A program made the position numbers and the translations under genes. 64,000 nucleotides of DNA. Origin: Raillietiella orientalis. Its lineage: Eukaryota. Positions within the stretch are counted from its first letter, which is position 1, and every line of letters starts with the position of its first letter. Below are positions 40,086 to 53,532 of the stretch, one piece after another. The stretch is taken from the NCBI GenBank assembly GCA_036172245.1, contig JAYWIR010000024.1:1054001-1118000 (forward strand), read 5' to 3'. Below the pieces are notes generated by a model. That model was not told the DNA's origin and made no database searches. It saw nothing but the letters and a program-made list of their open reading frames with translations.

Positions 40086-43000
40086 ACTGTAGGCTGTGGT
40101 TTTGAGAACTCTGTTATTATTAAGAGTGCACGCTCAGCCACGCTGCAGGAGCACAACTATCTTAAAGGCTGTGCGAGACATTCAAAATCTCGTAGCGGAT
40201 GCGAACGCCCGAAGACGAAGGAAGGCAAAAAATCACTTCCGGGTTTCCGCGGACTGAGAGCATGCTTCTCGCTCTCGAAATCCCGGGGGCCGGGGAAGCG
40301 GCTCACTCAGTTCTTCGTGTCATCTGGCGGCGGCGGGGGGGGGGGGGGTCTGGATGCAGTCTGGCTGAAGGCGAAGTTTCCCGTTCATCTTTGCCTCTGA
40401 TCGTGTTCGCTGCTCGCCGACGCCGGCTGACTGCTCCGCGACGAACTGGGCTGAAAAGACGCATTTTCGAGGGGCTGCTTGGGGCAAAAGGAGGAAGCCC
40501 TAAGAGTGCGCGCCAGGGAAAAGCAGCTGAAAATTTTTCAAGGCGAGGCTGCCGGAAAGAGGATCGGACGGAGTGGCTTCTGGCTCGCAGGGCCACGGTG
40601 GTTCGGGTCGGGACCAAGTTCCCAGAAACGGAAGCGACCACGGAACAGTCAGTTCGAGGGCTGACCATTGCTCGCCGAAGATGCCGCTCGACTCGGAGGC
40701 AGCGCAGGTTCGCAATGCTGGCAAGCAAAGGTGTTTCCAGCTTTCGAGTCTAGAAGAGGTGCATCCCGCACTCGAAGCCGTAGCTGCTGTAAATAACTCC
40801 CAATCTATTAAAAGAAGGCAGCAACAGCCCTCGCAAGGCTGGGAAAAACGCCACTTGTGCTGCTTCGCACTTGTTGCCACGTTTGCAACAGTCTGCTGGG
40901 TGTGGATGATGTGTGCCCCTCTTTTAATTCTTATCACTTAATCATTTATTGTCATATCCATCTTCTAAAAGTAACGTCTATACGGCGTTGCGCTCGTAGA
41001 TCGTAAATAGGCCAAGTGAAAAGGAAGCTTAGCATGCAACGCGAGGCGTGAAAAGGCAGCAAGCGAAATGGGGCCATCGAGGAGCGTTCGGAAACTGCGC
41101 GGCTGAAGAAACGCCGCTTAACCAACACGGCGAGGGAGCGATCTCTTACGCCATCCCATTCTTTTCTCTCTTTTTTTTTTTCTTTCTCTATCTCCGAAAG
41201 TTTTACGGTAACAAGAACGAAGTATCTTTTCAAGGCCGGCCCAGGCATTCCAATCTCTTCGAATTACCGGATTAACATCGAGTTTAATAAACACTGCAGC
41301 TAAGTCTAAATACATTGATCTGTGCTAAGCAACGCTGATGATACCCATAAATATTCATATACGATGGTCAGCGCTTTGTCTGTCAAGAGAAGAAAAGGTC
41401 CTGTCTCTGGTCTCGGCCAGACATTCATCAGCAGATTTCACACTAACTCGGAAAGCAATAAGAGGAAAAGATCAGCTGTGGCCGAAGGGAATAAGGGGGC
41501 GGGGAATCGGGGGGGGGGGGGACTGGACTTCCCTACCAAATGCCTTTATTTGGAAACTCTGTCAGTGAGGCAATGGTTGACTGACAGTAGCAGCTGCTGT
41601 TTGTTATTTTCAGATATCCTGAAGAAATCTGTCATCCATTCTTCTTTTTTTCCTCGCTTCTGAGAAGAATTTCAAGGATGGTAGTTTTCACTTCGGCAGC
41701 AGTGATTTGTGTTCTTTTGAGGAGGAATGATCCAGGAAGTCTGGCTCTTCTGGATTGCTGTCCTGCTTGGGCGGAAACGAAATGGCATGCTAGAAAACGC
41801 GCACTCTTGCACGACTTTGATATTTCGTGGGTCTCTGGTCATCGCATCGCAGCACCTTTTGGAAAGTAGGGATGCGTGGTACTTTTCAAATGCTTCGTCT
41901 TCTCATTTGCTCTTGCGCCCGTGTCCAGACTTTGCTTGCCCGAGTTCGTCCTCCGCATCTACGTCCACCGCTGTGCCCACCGGGTGCATCCCACGGCTTG
42001 CTCCCTGCTTTGCGATCGCCGGTCACCCGCCTGGCACTCGAGAGCACTCGTTCTAAAGTCCCCGTTTTGAATTCGCTCCCCTCCCCCAGATGCCTCGCTA
42101 ACTTGGACCTCGGGTGCATATCAGCAGACATGCAAGTTAACCTCCCGTTCGACGAGATGCACATCGATCACATGACCTTGACCGGGTTTTTGAGCACGAT
42201 CGTGAATTACTCCCGCTTGCGTCCCACACGCATCTAATCGCGAAGATTCCTAAGAGGACTCGCCCGTCCTCCTGTAGAAGCCGTAGGGGGGGATATTCCC
42301 CTCGGCAGAGCACGTCTTCGGAACGGAGTTCACGAGGAAAGCGGAACATTGCGCTCGGTCTGGTCCTCAGTCAAGACCTGCGGTACTCAATCTACGGCCC
42401 TCCAAGCTTCTATCTGTGCGGCCCCTATCCTTCACAGCCATTAGGTATTTTTCGCAAACTCCTGATAGTCGAGCGGCACTTTTTGCAAAGGGCAAATCGC
42501 GAGCGGTTGGCACCCACGCGCACAGCGCCTCTAGCGGGTTGTCGTTTGGTTGTTTCGTGCAACAACAGCGTTGCTGCGTACAGTTTCGTCTCGTATACAG
42601 TGCGCGCTCGATGTAGTCGCCTTTGATGGAGGGAACGTTTGACATGAGCAGCCGATGACACGGTCAGCATTTTCAGTTTTCCGTCATTCGATAAAAGAAA
42701 CCTTTTTCGACCCCGTTAAAGACGGGGGGGGGGATAAGAGAAATTCATCACCCGTTCGACAAAAGTTCTTCATTTCACGTGAAATGGAAAAAGGGGGAGG
42801 AAGATGACACACCCATTGCAACACGATCCAGTTCCGCAACAAGAGAGGAAACGCAGCAACTCTGAGATTATGGAATGAGGGAGGAATGGGGAAAACGAGT
42901 GAAGTCGTCGTGTTCATGGTGATGTGGGCACCGTTAGGAACGCTCCCATGGAGCAAGAAGCCGAAGAAACCTGAGATGAGAATAACGAGGTTCAAAAATT

Positions 43001-44330
43001 TGATATGGACACAAAGTGATTGACCACTCATTCAGTTTAGCTATGGAGTGGTCAGAAAGCGTCCGCCCCCTCCCGTTCGTGATGTTCTTCTCCTGAGAGG
43101 GATACGGGAAAAAGCAATCGTGAAAAAGTTAGGATGAAATTTTGCATCCTATCATCATCATCATCGTTTACCATACAGTATCCTTATTTCTACTTTTGCA
43201 GTGTTACTAAATTTGTTCCTTTGATTATAAAAATTCGTCTTACTGTTCAACGAGTTGGGCTCCTTTATTCGATTATCCAAAATTAACTCTTTTTTCTTTC
43301 ATTTCGACTACTCACGTCGATACAATCAACAACATTCTATAAGGGCGTCAGCAACACTTTTAGCATTTCGATTCCAGCAGAGGAATGTCGTGTGTCGAAT
43401 GTGCACTGTAGTTTCGAGTGTTCGTACGCGACACAGTCTGTGCTTAACTCACCACAAGTACAAAAGGTGTTTACATCCGTCCATTCTGCAGATTCGTTTG
43501 CACAAAATATATGGATGGAAATATATATATATATATATTGTGTGAAAATTTGCAGAATTGACTAAAATATGTTGGCGTATAGTTTTTTTTACATGATTGT
43601 ATTATAACATATAGCGTACTATATATACAGCCTGTGCGATGTTGCAAACTTATGTATGTTGCCCGAGAAGAAGAAGGGTTGAGTATCGCTGGTCAGGGCG
43701 ATGGCGCTTTACGGCTTTTTTTCGAAGTTTCATATCTTCTTTCATTAGTTAGATGGCTGCGTGGTAAATTCCTTAATTAAGGCACACTCATCGCCGATTC
43801 CGATCTCTATCGCTTTATCGGGACGTTCCTTTTTCATCCTCCCTCTATCCATTCCGTCGATCACAATCGGTCGCTCTCCAAAGAGAGGATGGAGACGATT
43901 CAACCAAAGCTTCTTCTTTAGAGAGATTCCGGTTTCACGAACGGGCTCAACGTGTTCAGATGTGAGGCCTCCTGCAGGAGTCGTCAGGGCTTGGGGTTCC
44001 CAGCCACCGACGTGGCTTTGAGGTCGGAGCTTCCAAATTGCTCGAGGCGCATCGTCCCCCGTTCCTGACTTCCCCTTGCTCTCAGCCTGGAAAAGACATG
44101 GAGATCTAAAGTGCCCTAACCACAGCATCAGCGATCATTCTGGGTGTTGGTTTCTCGATTTGGGAGCGATTTCTGGGAAGAATGCGACTGGAAGATCCAG
44201 TAATATTGGCCTTGGGGGGATGGAAATCATTTTGGGTTCTTCTGCTTTCGCTGCTTTCCTTCCATTCTTCTTTTTCCTTGTTTGCTATGTTCTGTCCCTC
44301 CTTAGGAGGAAGGAGGAAGAGAGGGGGGAT

Positions 44331-45016
44331 CTTAACACTGTCCAAATAACCCGAGAGTGCGTGTTTCTCTTCAAGTTATGGATCAACCCCATAGGGACCA
44401 CCCCATGAACCAGGGAAGGCTCCGGAAGGAAGAAGTATGTTCTTTTCTTCATCTTGGAAGGGAACCCTCGCCCAGTTGTCTCCGAAGAGAACCTGTAAGG
44501 GAACCACGTCTCCCTTGTTCTCTCCGGGGAATCCTCGGTTTGTGGGGCCACTCCTCGTTTCTTCTCCTGAGGGGACTCCCCGAAAAGGATCCGCTCTCTA
44601 TTTGCTCCTCTGAAAAGAACTCCGAATGGACGCTTCCCGATTTCCCTGAAGGGCGCTTTCCGAAGGGAGCAGCGCACTTCTTGCATTCTGGAGAGGCAAC
44701 CCTCGAAAGGGGTATTAACCAGCTCCATGTAACGCGATGGTACGGTTATATTTTCACAACCGGAGGGGGAATTCCGAAGGGAACCGGCTCATTGATTTTT
44801 GGGACGACCCCGGAGAGTCAACTTCCAATTCCATCCAGTCAATGGAGGCATCCAGCTTACACCATTGCCGCACCCGACGCCTACAGGCCAACCAACGTCG
44901 TCCTGCGGTGGTGGTGGGGGAATCGAAACCCACGATGCACCCGTTTGTCGGCGTCGAGTCTTCCCCGGGTGGGATTCGAACCCGCAACGGTCGGTGCCAC
45001 GCTCGGAGACCGCAGC
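44331..45016 (-). mobile_element. tRNA-derived SINE, copy F
   Basis: Minus strand gctgcggtctccgagcgtggcaccgaccgttgcgggttcgaatccc (B box 44971-44983), family body, and tail aacttgaagagaaacacgcactctcggg...cagtgttaag. Confidence 0.9.
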
Positions 45017-48000
45017 ATGAAGTTTCGCGCTGTCCTCTGAGCCTCGCTCTTCTCATCCGCGTGTCCTCTTTTGGGCGGAGACAACTTGCGGTCATCTCAA
45101 ACTCTGGATAGGCGCCGATCATCAGCGGCCAGCCTGCTTCAGCACACGATGCTTCAGAAGCGCCTGCTTCTCCGTATTCCGTAGCTCCCTGGGATGGTGG
45201 CGTTTCGCTGCTGCCTTTCTTTCCTCACCTCGGATGATCCACTTCCCCCTTTCAGTCCCACTTGGCTCGCAGGCAGAAAACATCCTTTCGTCCCTCTCGG
45301 TTACCTGGGGTCACTCACTTGCAGCAGGGCTCACTACTCCTGAGTTTCTTCTTGATCAGAGTGACCTTTCTGCAACCGACTCGCTACGTCCTCGCGCGCA
45401 CCCTGTCGGCTCTCGCGGATGCAAGGCACAGCCTCCTTCTTCGGCCGTTCCTCCGGATTCAGCAGAGGGGTTTCCAAGGAAAACGCACGCTCTCGCGGAC
45501 CGTCCGTGGCCATCAGCGCGTCTCGCACATCTCGTCCTCTGGCGTGTTTTGAGTCGAAGCGGTCAGGATGTGTCTCAGCTAGTGGCTCCCTCAAGCAGCT
45601 GAAGCAAGGACCAGCTTCTTAAGCGAGGCGGAACTTCAGTGCCCGTCATCGCTTGGACCTCAAAGGGCGAATCTCGCTCTACCTGAGTCACCATCTCTCT
45701 TTGGCATTTTCCCCATTAACCTCCCACATTGCTTGGGAAGCTGCGCCGCATCCGTCGAGAGCTTCCCACGTAGCACCCCGATGGAATGCTTTCGGACGTT
45801 TCCTCCCTCGGCTGCACGAATCCTTGCTGGTCTGAACGGCTGCTCCAGGCGGTGGTATGTCCGGCAGCGCCGAAATCCCGCGAGCCTCCGCGATGCCCGT
45901 TCTGGGACTCTGAATGGAATCGTCGCTTCGCTACCGTCATCTCGAGGGTGTTCGCCAGCACGCGCTGCACTTCCAGCTTGTGGGGTTGATGTCCCTGCCG
46001 GTGAGGACGCCACACTCGTGTGCTGCTGCACAGGAACTTCGATCTTTTCTCTGCGGGTTCTTCGGAGAGAGGAAAGGATGTGGGAGGTGGACCGGACCTT
46101 TTGGACTGGCGCCTGGTTTCCACGTCACTTGCGCCGACCGGGTCACTCAGCGCTTCCTGCCATCCTTTCGAGAAACCCATAGAAGCTGCTCCTTTTCGAT
46201 GAGCATCTCTCTCTTGTCCACGAGCTGAAGTCCTCCTCCGAAGGACCAAAGGAACAAGCAGAGCAAGTCACAAACAGCATACACGCGCCAAAGGAACACG
46301 CGTTTTCCCGGAAAGACGACGACTGCGGACTGGGAGGTTCGGAGGATGCAAGGAATCCCGGGAAACGAGGAATTGCGTACGGTGGACTGGAAACCGCTGC
46401 TTGAGTAAGGCGAGGGAAAGACCGAGTGAAAGGAGGAAATCACCGTGGCTCACCAGTTCATCTGCCGCTGCCTATTCTGGCCGCATGAGAGGTGCCGTCT
46501 TCCGTTGCTCGTCGGGAAGGCGGTGGTCCCGCGAGCCCAATGAAAACCGACTTTCGTTTCCCACCCCTCTCCCGCTGCGCCAAGGGAACACCTTCGGTGC
46601 GCTCATGGGACAGTCCAACCGTCCACCCATCTGTGGTACCGACGCCGCCGGAGGCTGAGAACAGCCTATCAATCCTCGTGTTCGCCGTGTGCCTGCGCTG
46701 ATGACCAGTCTAGTTCTACCGCAGCTTCCGCATTTCAGATCTTCCTGCTTCGGACCTCTGAAGGGTTTCTACCGGTCGTCCTGTGATTCTTGATATGGAG
46801 ATCGAGGAGGAGGCCGATTTTAAATTTCAAGGGAGAAGAAGTTGCGTTCTCTGCCCTCGGAACGCACCCTCTCCTTTCTCGGAAAGGGTGCATCTGCCTT
46901 TTGGTGGTTTGCCGCGTTCGTGGTGATGCTGTGAGAATCCGAAGGGCCGACAGGGGCAGCTCCGTGTCCTGGGAAAGGGTATCCTGAATTTCAGACGAGA
47001 TTGCTCATGGGCCGTCTGCGGCCCACAGCTGCCATGTGACTCCGTGGGGTCTGCCCGCAAGGCTTTTTGGGAATCGATCCCTCGAAGAGGTGCGCAAAAG
47101 CGAACCCGTGGCTGCTACATTCTGGCGAGTCAAAGGGGTCTTCCGCTGCGCAGGCTGTTGGCTCCTGGAGGAGCTGCAGGCTCATCAGGGGCGCGTGCAC
47201 TAAGTGTGCTGCAACCCGATGCACAGCAGACCTCCATATGACGCGGATCCGTGCAACTGAGACGAAAGAATAGCGAACACCCCTCGTACAAAGTAATGAA
47301 TCAGTTCCGCGAGATGCTGTGGATGAATTTTAATCTTGTGGAGCAGTTTAGTTGCTCTGCTTTTCGAAAAAAACGCAAAGACATGGTCTAGTTAGGTTGA
47401 ATCCTCTTCTATACAAATTTTCAGTTAAAATAGTCCAAGAAGACACTCTTTTCAAAAACGGGAATGGTAGAGGCGAAAGGAAGTACAGAGTTGCTTAAAT
47501 TGAATAAAAATCAACGAGAACCGTGAAAACTCTTCTTTTTTTTCTTTAACTGTATTTGAAGTTGATTTTATTTTATTTTTTCTCATTTCTATAAATACCA
47601 TCGTATCATCCAAGCACAACCCATAGGGTTCGTATAACGCGGAGCATATCCCGCGCGTTATACGAGGGCACACCGTACTTCGCTCAGGGAACTAGCTGAC
47701 CTCTTTCCTTTTCTTATTTTTACACAAGTTTCCAACATTTTCACGCAACGTTCGGAATCTGCTCAAATTCTTACAGAATATCAAACGGCACTGACAGGAA
47801 GGTAAGGAATTCGTGGGAAGTGCTCCGGGAATCGAATCGTTCTTGGACTTGGGAAAGCTCCTGGAGCGGAGTGAATGGCAAACCGCGTGCCTCGACTTGG
47901 GCGCCGCGGGAAAACCTGGAGAGGCCACTTCACCCAAGCGCAATGTTTCAGTTTTAGAGTTGCAATCTTTTTGCTTTTTCCTCCAGGACTGTTTCGTTCC

Positions 48001-50904
48001 GTTCCTTACGCATGGAACGGTTGTCATTTTATTTTATTTTTTTTGAAAAAAAAAAATCATCCTTCCATCAATTTTATTCATCTTCCTTTGAGCCAATCTC
48101 CGGCCCATCTCTCTCTGGCACTTAAAACGCGGGGTAGAGAAATTAGCGAGCATTCATTTAAAATAAAGGATTTAAGTAAAGACGGCGGCTATTATAAGCT
48201 GTAAATCCAGGAGTGGTGGTTCGTCTTGTCTTGAAAGGGCGCCTCGGGGCGCATTCCTCGAAGCGACCACGGCCACCGAAGGTTCTGGTGCCGACCTGCG
48301 TCGGGCTTCCTGACTTGGAAGTCAAGATTCGTACTTGGCTGCAGACGTACGCCTACCAGTGTGGGAGTATAGAGAACGTGGGGATCCTTTTTTCTTTTTT
48401 TTTCCTTGTCTTTTTCTGCTTTTTTTTCAACAGCAATGGCAGTGTATTCTGTGCAGTGTTGCCTCAAAGACACGTGTCGTGTCGCAGGTTCCCACTCCAG
48501 GAAGAAGGAGAGGAAACGCCGCTTTCTGAGGGTTCGGCATTTTCCTCCTTTCTTCCAGGACAGGAGTGAAATCGATTTTCCGAAATTAAAAAATCGGGAA
48601 CGATGAAATTGGAATCATCTTTCGCAGTCGTGCGTGATCCCGCGATGAGCAGTCGGACAGGGACCACGAAAGGCAATCGCGTAATGCCTCTTAACTACGT
48701 CGCCCTTGCACGTTTCCATGGTGAAGTTGTGTCGATGCAGAACCACCGACGGCATTTGCTGGCAGGCATGCATGCATGCAAACGCATCAACACATGCATA
48801 ACGGGAGGATGAAACCCACACTCTGCGGTGCGGACGGACACTTTCATGCTCCAGAAAAAAAGAGGATGCTGAGTAACTGCGTGAAGCGAAACACGCAAAA
48901 TTCGTCGCGCAAAATGATGAGCTCGACGCCCGAGGAAGGAAAGAACTGCTGCGGTTCGGAAGACGTGAGAAGGCACGAGGAAGTCATCATCATCTTGCAT
49001 CGAAATCGAGAATGCATGATCCGGGCGCGCGGAGTAGCCTCGGAAAGATGCTCAGCCGCCCGGACCAGCCATCTCGAAGCCTTCGCAGGCGTGTCTCAGT
49101 ACATCCTGCGCGTCGCTCCTTGAACCAACCATCACTCTGAGCATCAGAAGCACGTCGTTCGCACTACGTGTCATTTCCCCATTTGGCGACCCCGAAAAGA
49201 AACGCGAAGGGACCACGGGGATAACTAGCAGGAAAGCGCAGATAAAAAAGAAACCTTCGGTGACTCTCCGAGCACCTGGGGAGATGAGTTTCAGGCATCA
49301 TGCGCAACTGGATCGATAGCGATTATGAGGAAACAGGTTAATAGACAGAGCTGAGGGTCGTCCGAACGTCACGCAAGGTGTGTCCGGCTGAAACCAAGAC
49401 GCCACCTATGCAAGCAGAAGCATCAAGAAGACAAACAGTTTCGCATCTCAAGCAAGCTCCCTTTTTTTCATGTGCAAGAAGAGTGGGAAGAGCAACTCTC
49501 CCTCGAAGCCGTGGCAGGGTGGCTCTGCTCTCTTGCTGCCCGTCGCCACGGATACGACCGAGTCTCGGTGGATCCTTCTGGGACGCTCGTGCATTGGAAT
49601 CTCCTGCTGGCCTTGCGCGCGTGAACGTCTCTCTTGCATGACCCACAATAAATAGCAGAGGGAGAAATCTCTTCTGCGTACCAAGCAGCACCGAGATTGC
49701 CGCTGAGGATGCTGCCAAGAACAGAGGAATCCGCCAAGGTGTAGGAAAGTTCCGAGAAGGAACTTTCTGACCTTCGATTCGAATCAGGGGTTCCCTCTGT
49801 GGACAACCTTCACAGAGGGAACGGAACCTTACTGAGACCAAACTCGAATAACCGCATCCGGAACAAGGCGCGTCCAGTCCACAGGCGCGCCGCGTCCCGT
49901 CGCACTTGCTCCTGAATCTTATGCATTACGCATGGGGGGATAAGCTTCCTCGAGTGACAGCGATTCCCACCGTTCTTTCTTTCTTCTGTTTGTCTCTTCA
50001 GGACCTCGAGGGCACGCTCCCCATGAGAGGGTGATGCTTCTCAGCCAACGTCCCAGGCAATCCAAAAGATGTCACGGGAGGACTGGATGTAACAGGACAT
50101 TCCTGATTCTGTCCTATATGACCCTCCTGGAGCCGTCTCCCATCGATGGAATATGTTCTTTTCTATTTTCATCTGTTCGTTAAAATTCCACCAGCCCCTC
50201 TTCCGTTCTTTCCTGCTTCGCACGCAAACTTCCTCCGCCATGGAGATGATTCCGTGGTCCAGACGATAAATTTTCGGAATTTTCGTGCATGCTTTGTGGC
50301 TGGACCTCGCATGTGGACCAACTGCCATGCGATTTTCTGAACGTTGCCGATCGAGCGCATAGGTGATTAATTGTCATCAGGAATCCCTGCCCTTCCCCTG
50401 CTGTCTTCCCTTCCCTCCTCCCCCCTCTCTCCTGAACTCGTTGGCTCGGGATTGCGTTCTTTTCCAGTACCCTCGCCGCATTTCTTTTTCCTGAGCGTGT
50501 CGGGGATGGAAACCTCGGAAGATTCACGTTCCGGAGCAAGCAATGCCCGAGGAGACCAGAAGTGACGCGAGGCCACAAGCCCTGCGACCGAGCGGACGTG
50601 CCACGTGCTCCGAGAGTGGAGCGGCCACCAGAAAGACCCATCCTGCCGCTCGCAATCAGAAAGGGGGAGAGGGGCGTGCCTCGAGAACTGTAGGGAGGAG
50701 TAGATCGCTCCCTACGGTTGAGAGACTCTCAAGGAAAAGTCCCCTGTATTCACTATCGATTTTTTCTCCCCCTTCTTTTTCGCCTGTTTGTTTAAGAAAT
50801 CGGGAAGATCTCTCCGAAGCGACACTGGGAAAAGACAGCAAGACAGAAACTCAACAGGCCTTCGCTAAGTACTCAAGAACCGCCGCCGTTCTCCTGTTGG
50901 CTCA

Positions 50905-51240
50905 AGAAGCTCTTTAACACTGCTCCACGCCACCCGAGGGTGAATGTATTCACCCTTCAAGATAGGGGGTTCCCCGGGAGGGCACCGCCCCATGAATCCA
51001 GGAAGGACTCCGGAGAAAGAACTCCGTTCCTCTCACGCTTGGGAAGGTACTCCAGAGGGAGAACTCACCACGCTGGTTGTTTCCGAAGGGACCCCCGAAG
51101 GGAATCTCCTTCCTTATTCTCTACGGAGAAAAACCCCTGGAGAAGACCGCTGCTCATTTCTTCTCAGAAGGGAACCCGGAAAAAATCCTTTCCCGGAATT
51201 TCTTCCCGGAGGGAATCCGTAGGGGATCTCCGGAAAATCC
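50905..51240 (-). mobile_element. tRNA-derived SINE, copy G (3' half only)
   Basis: Tail gaagctctttaacactg...cccgagggtg...cttcaag and catgaatccaggaaggactccggag match copies D, E and F. Confidence 0.75.
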
Positions 51241-51249
51241 TCCCACATT

Positions 51250-51593
51250 CCAGACAATGCAGAAATTCAAATGGGAACTTTTTGATCACCCACCTTACCG
51301 TCCTGCCCAGTGACTACCACGTCTTCCTTCCTGCACCTCCAGAAGTAGCTCAGCGATTCGAGGGGGAATGTGGGGTGTTGAAAACTGCAGTGCTGAACTG
51401 ACTGAAATTTCAGGAGGCGGAATTTCACGCAGAGGACCTAAAAAAGCTTTCCCCACGGTATCAAAAGCGTCTGGGAAAAAAAATGGTGACTACGTAGAAA
51501 AAAGAACATGCGTGTGCACCAATACAGTTTTGTACCTCTTATTTGCTCCTTCTTTATATCCGATTCGCCCCTACTATTGAGATGCGCCTCGTA
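51250..51593 (+). mobile_element. Mariner transposon 3' fragment: transposase C-terminus, right TIR and TA
   Basis: KFKWELFDHPPY.P / APSDYHVF ... QRF ... KKLSPRYQK.L.KNGDYVEK is a classic mariner C-terminus. It ends ...gatgcgcctcg|TA, resembling mariner TIR ends (CCCTCG-TA). Confidence 0.9.
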
Positions 51594-51994
51594 TTTCCTG
51601 GAAGTCTATAGATATTTCCTCCTTCCTCGGAAGTTGAGGAACCCGATCGCAGCTCCCAGCGACGCGCTCCCCCACCAGTGATCGCACTCCTGACATCTAA
51701 CGGAAAATCCTTGAACTGCACTGTTCGAGCAAAAAAGCGGTAGTAAGTTACAAAATGATACATACCGAATTTCACCCGTTCACGACACGTGTCGTTCTAG
51801 AACAGAAACCAGGGCACAAAATTTATTGAAGATCCTATTGTGACAAGGGCACACTCGAGTCAGGAAGATGCTAACAGATTCAGAATGGGCGGGGCCTAGA
51901 GCACGGCCATGAAGTCTTTCAAAAGCATTCGGTATCGGAAAGATTTCGTCTTGCATTGCGAGAGTTATTTCTCGCATTTGGCTCAGAAAAGCTT

Positions 51995-51996
<2 letters not shown>

Positions 51997-52030
<34 letters not shown>
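51997..52030. repeat. Poly(T)34 tract
   Basis: Homopolymer; possibly the poly(A) tail of a minus-strand retroposed insert. Confidence 0.95.
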
Positions 52031-52031
<1 letters not shown>

Positions 52032-53483
52032 AGTATCGCGTGATTTAGAATGCTCCTTCGTGGGGGTCCTGAATGCACTTCGGCGCCGCGAACTCGGCGC
52101 GCACTGCTGTTTTCTTTCTTTCTTTTCGTTCCTCTCAGTCTTGGATTTAACTACAGCGGAAAACCTTTACTTGGGATGAGGGATCTTTGTATCGTGTGGG
52201 GTGGCTCGGATGCGAGACGGCCTTCCGGTCACTGTGCTGAAGGGAGCTTTACTCTTTGTGGTCATGCGCACGTCAGGCGGTTTACTTGTTGCTCCGTGCT
52301 TTTCGGTTTCGGCGGAAGGGGGATAACCTCTTCCGCGTTGTTTTGAATGTACGGATGAGGGTTCCGTTTCCCCACCCACCCCTTTCTTCTTTTGGTTTCT
52401 TGTCTTCTTGCTTTGTTTGTTTGTTTTTTTTTTTTCGTTGTTGTTGTTGTTGTTGTTGTTTTGCAGCAGAGAAGAGAAAGGATCTCTATTTTTGGAGTCG
52501 CTTTACATTCCTCTATCGAGTTTGCACTGGTGAGCAGCATTTGGTGTTGCTCCTTTCCGCTCACGAGAAAGAATGGTTACCTCTTACAAGGACGGTCCAC
52601 TGCCTCCTCCGTGATCGGAACCCTTGTTTGTCCGTCGGAACGCGATCCTCGTCCTCCTTTCCTCATTTAGCTCGCTTACATTCAAATCGAATTCGAGTTT
52701 TCCGGAAGGGTTCACTCGATGGTCCGTAAGATAAGAGATTCCCGTGCAGGCACTGACGTCAGCACTTACTGGTGTTGACGGTTCGGGATGTGTCTGCATC
52801 ACTGCGGCAACGCTCTTTGTCTTTGAGCAAGGACGCTTTCGCACCTCGTGTTGTTCTCATCCTCTTCGAAGTCTGAACCGAGGTCCTCGACGCAGTATCC
52901 CCGCACCATGCCCTTTCCCGATTCGATTTAGCAGCTTCACTCGAAACGTCGAAACCAGCAAACGAAATGGCACAAGCGCAGATTCTTCTCCTCCTCCTTT
53001 TCCCCCCTTCTTTCCTTTCCCTGGAGACACTAGAAAGGTTGCTGGCAGCAAGGGTCACCGTATTCTTTCGCTTGCAGAGCATCCGCGTTAAAATAAAAGG
53101 AATGCTTCCAATTTGCTTGGGACTGCTGGATCCGTCACATGATTGCTACGCAGATTACGCGTCATGAATCCTCACAGCTCCTGCGACGTTAGGTTGTGGG
53201 CAGCGCGAAACAGGAACGCGTTCCTTTTTTCCTGGACCCACCTGCTTTCATCTTTGGGCATCAGTTCCTTAACTGCGGTGAAGTTGTGTTTTCAAGACAC
53301 GAGAACTCGCAAGTAGGAAGCGTAGTGTTTGGCAAACACTACACTGAACCAGGTTTGCACGATCTCTATACAAATGACGTCAAAAGTCACAACACGTATT
53401 ATCTCTTAAAAATTGTGCTTACTTATTATATATATATGGAAACAACGAACGGCAGTATACATATCTATATCTTGCCGTTTGTG

Positions 53484-53487
<4 letters not shown>

Positions 53488-53529
<42 letters not shown>
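53488..53529. repeat. (TA)21 microsatellite
   Basis: Perfect TA run. Confidence 0.98.
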
Positions 53530-53532
<3 letters not shown>

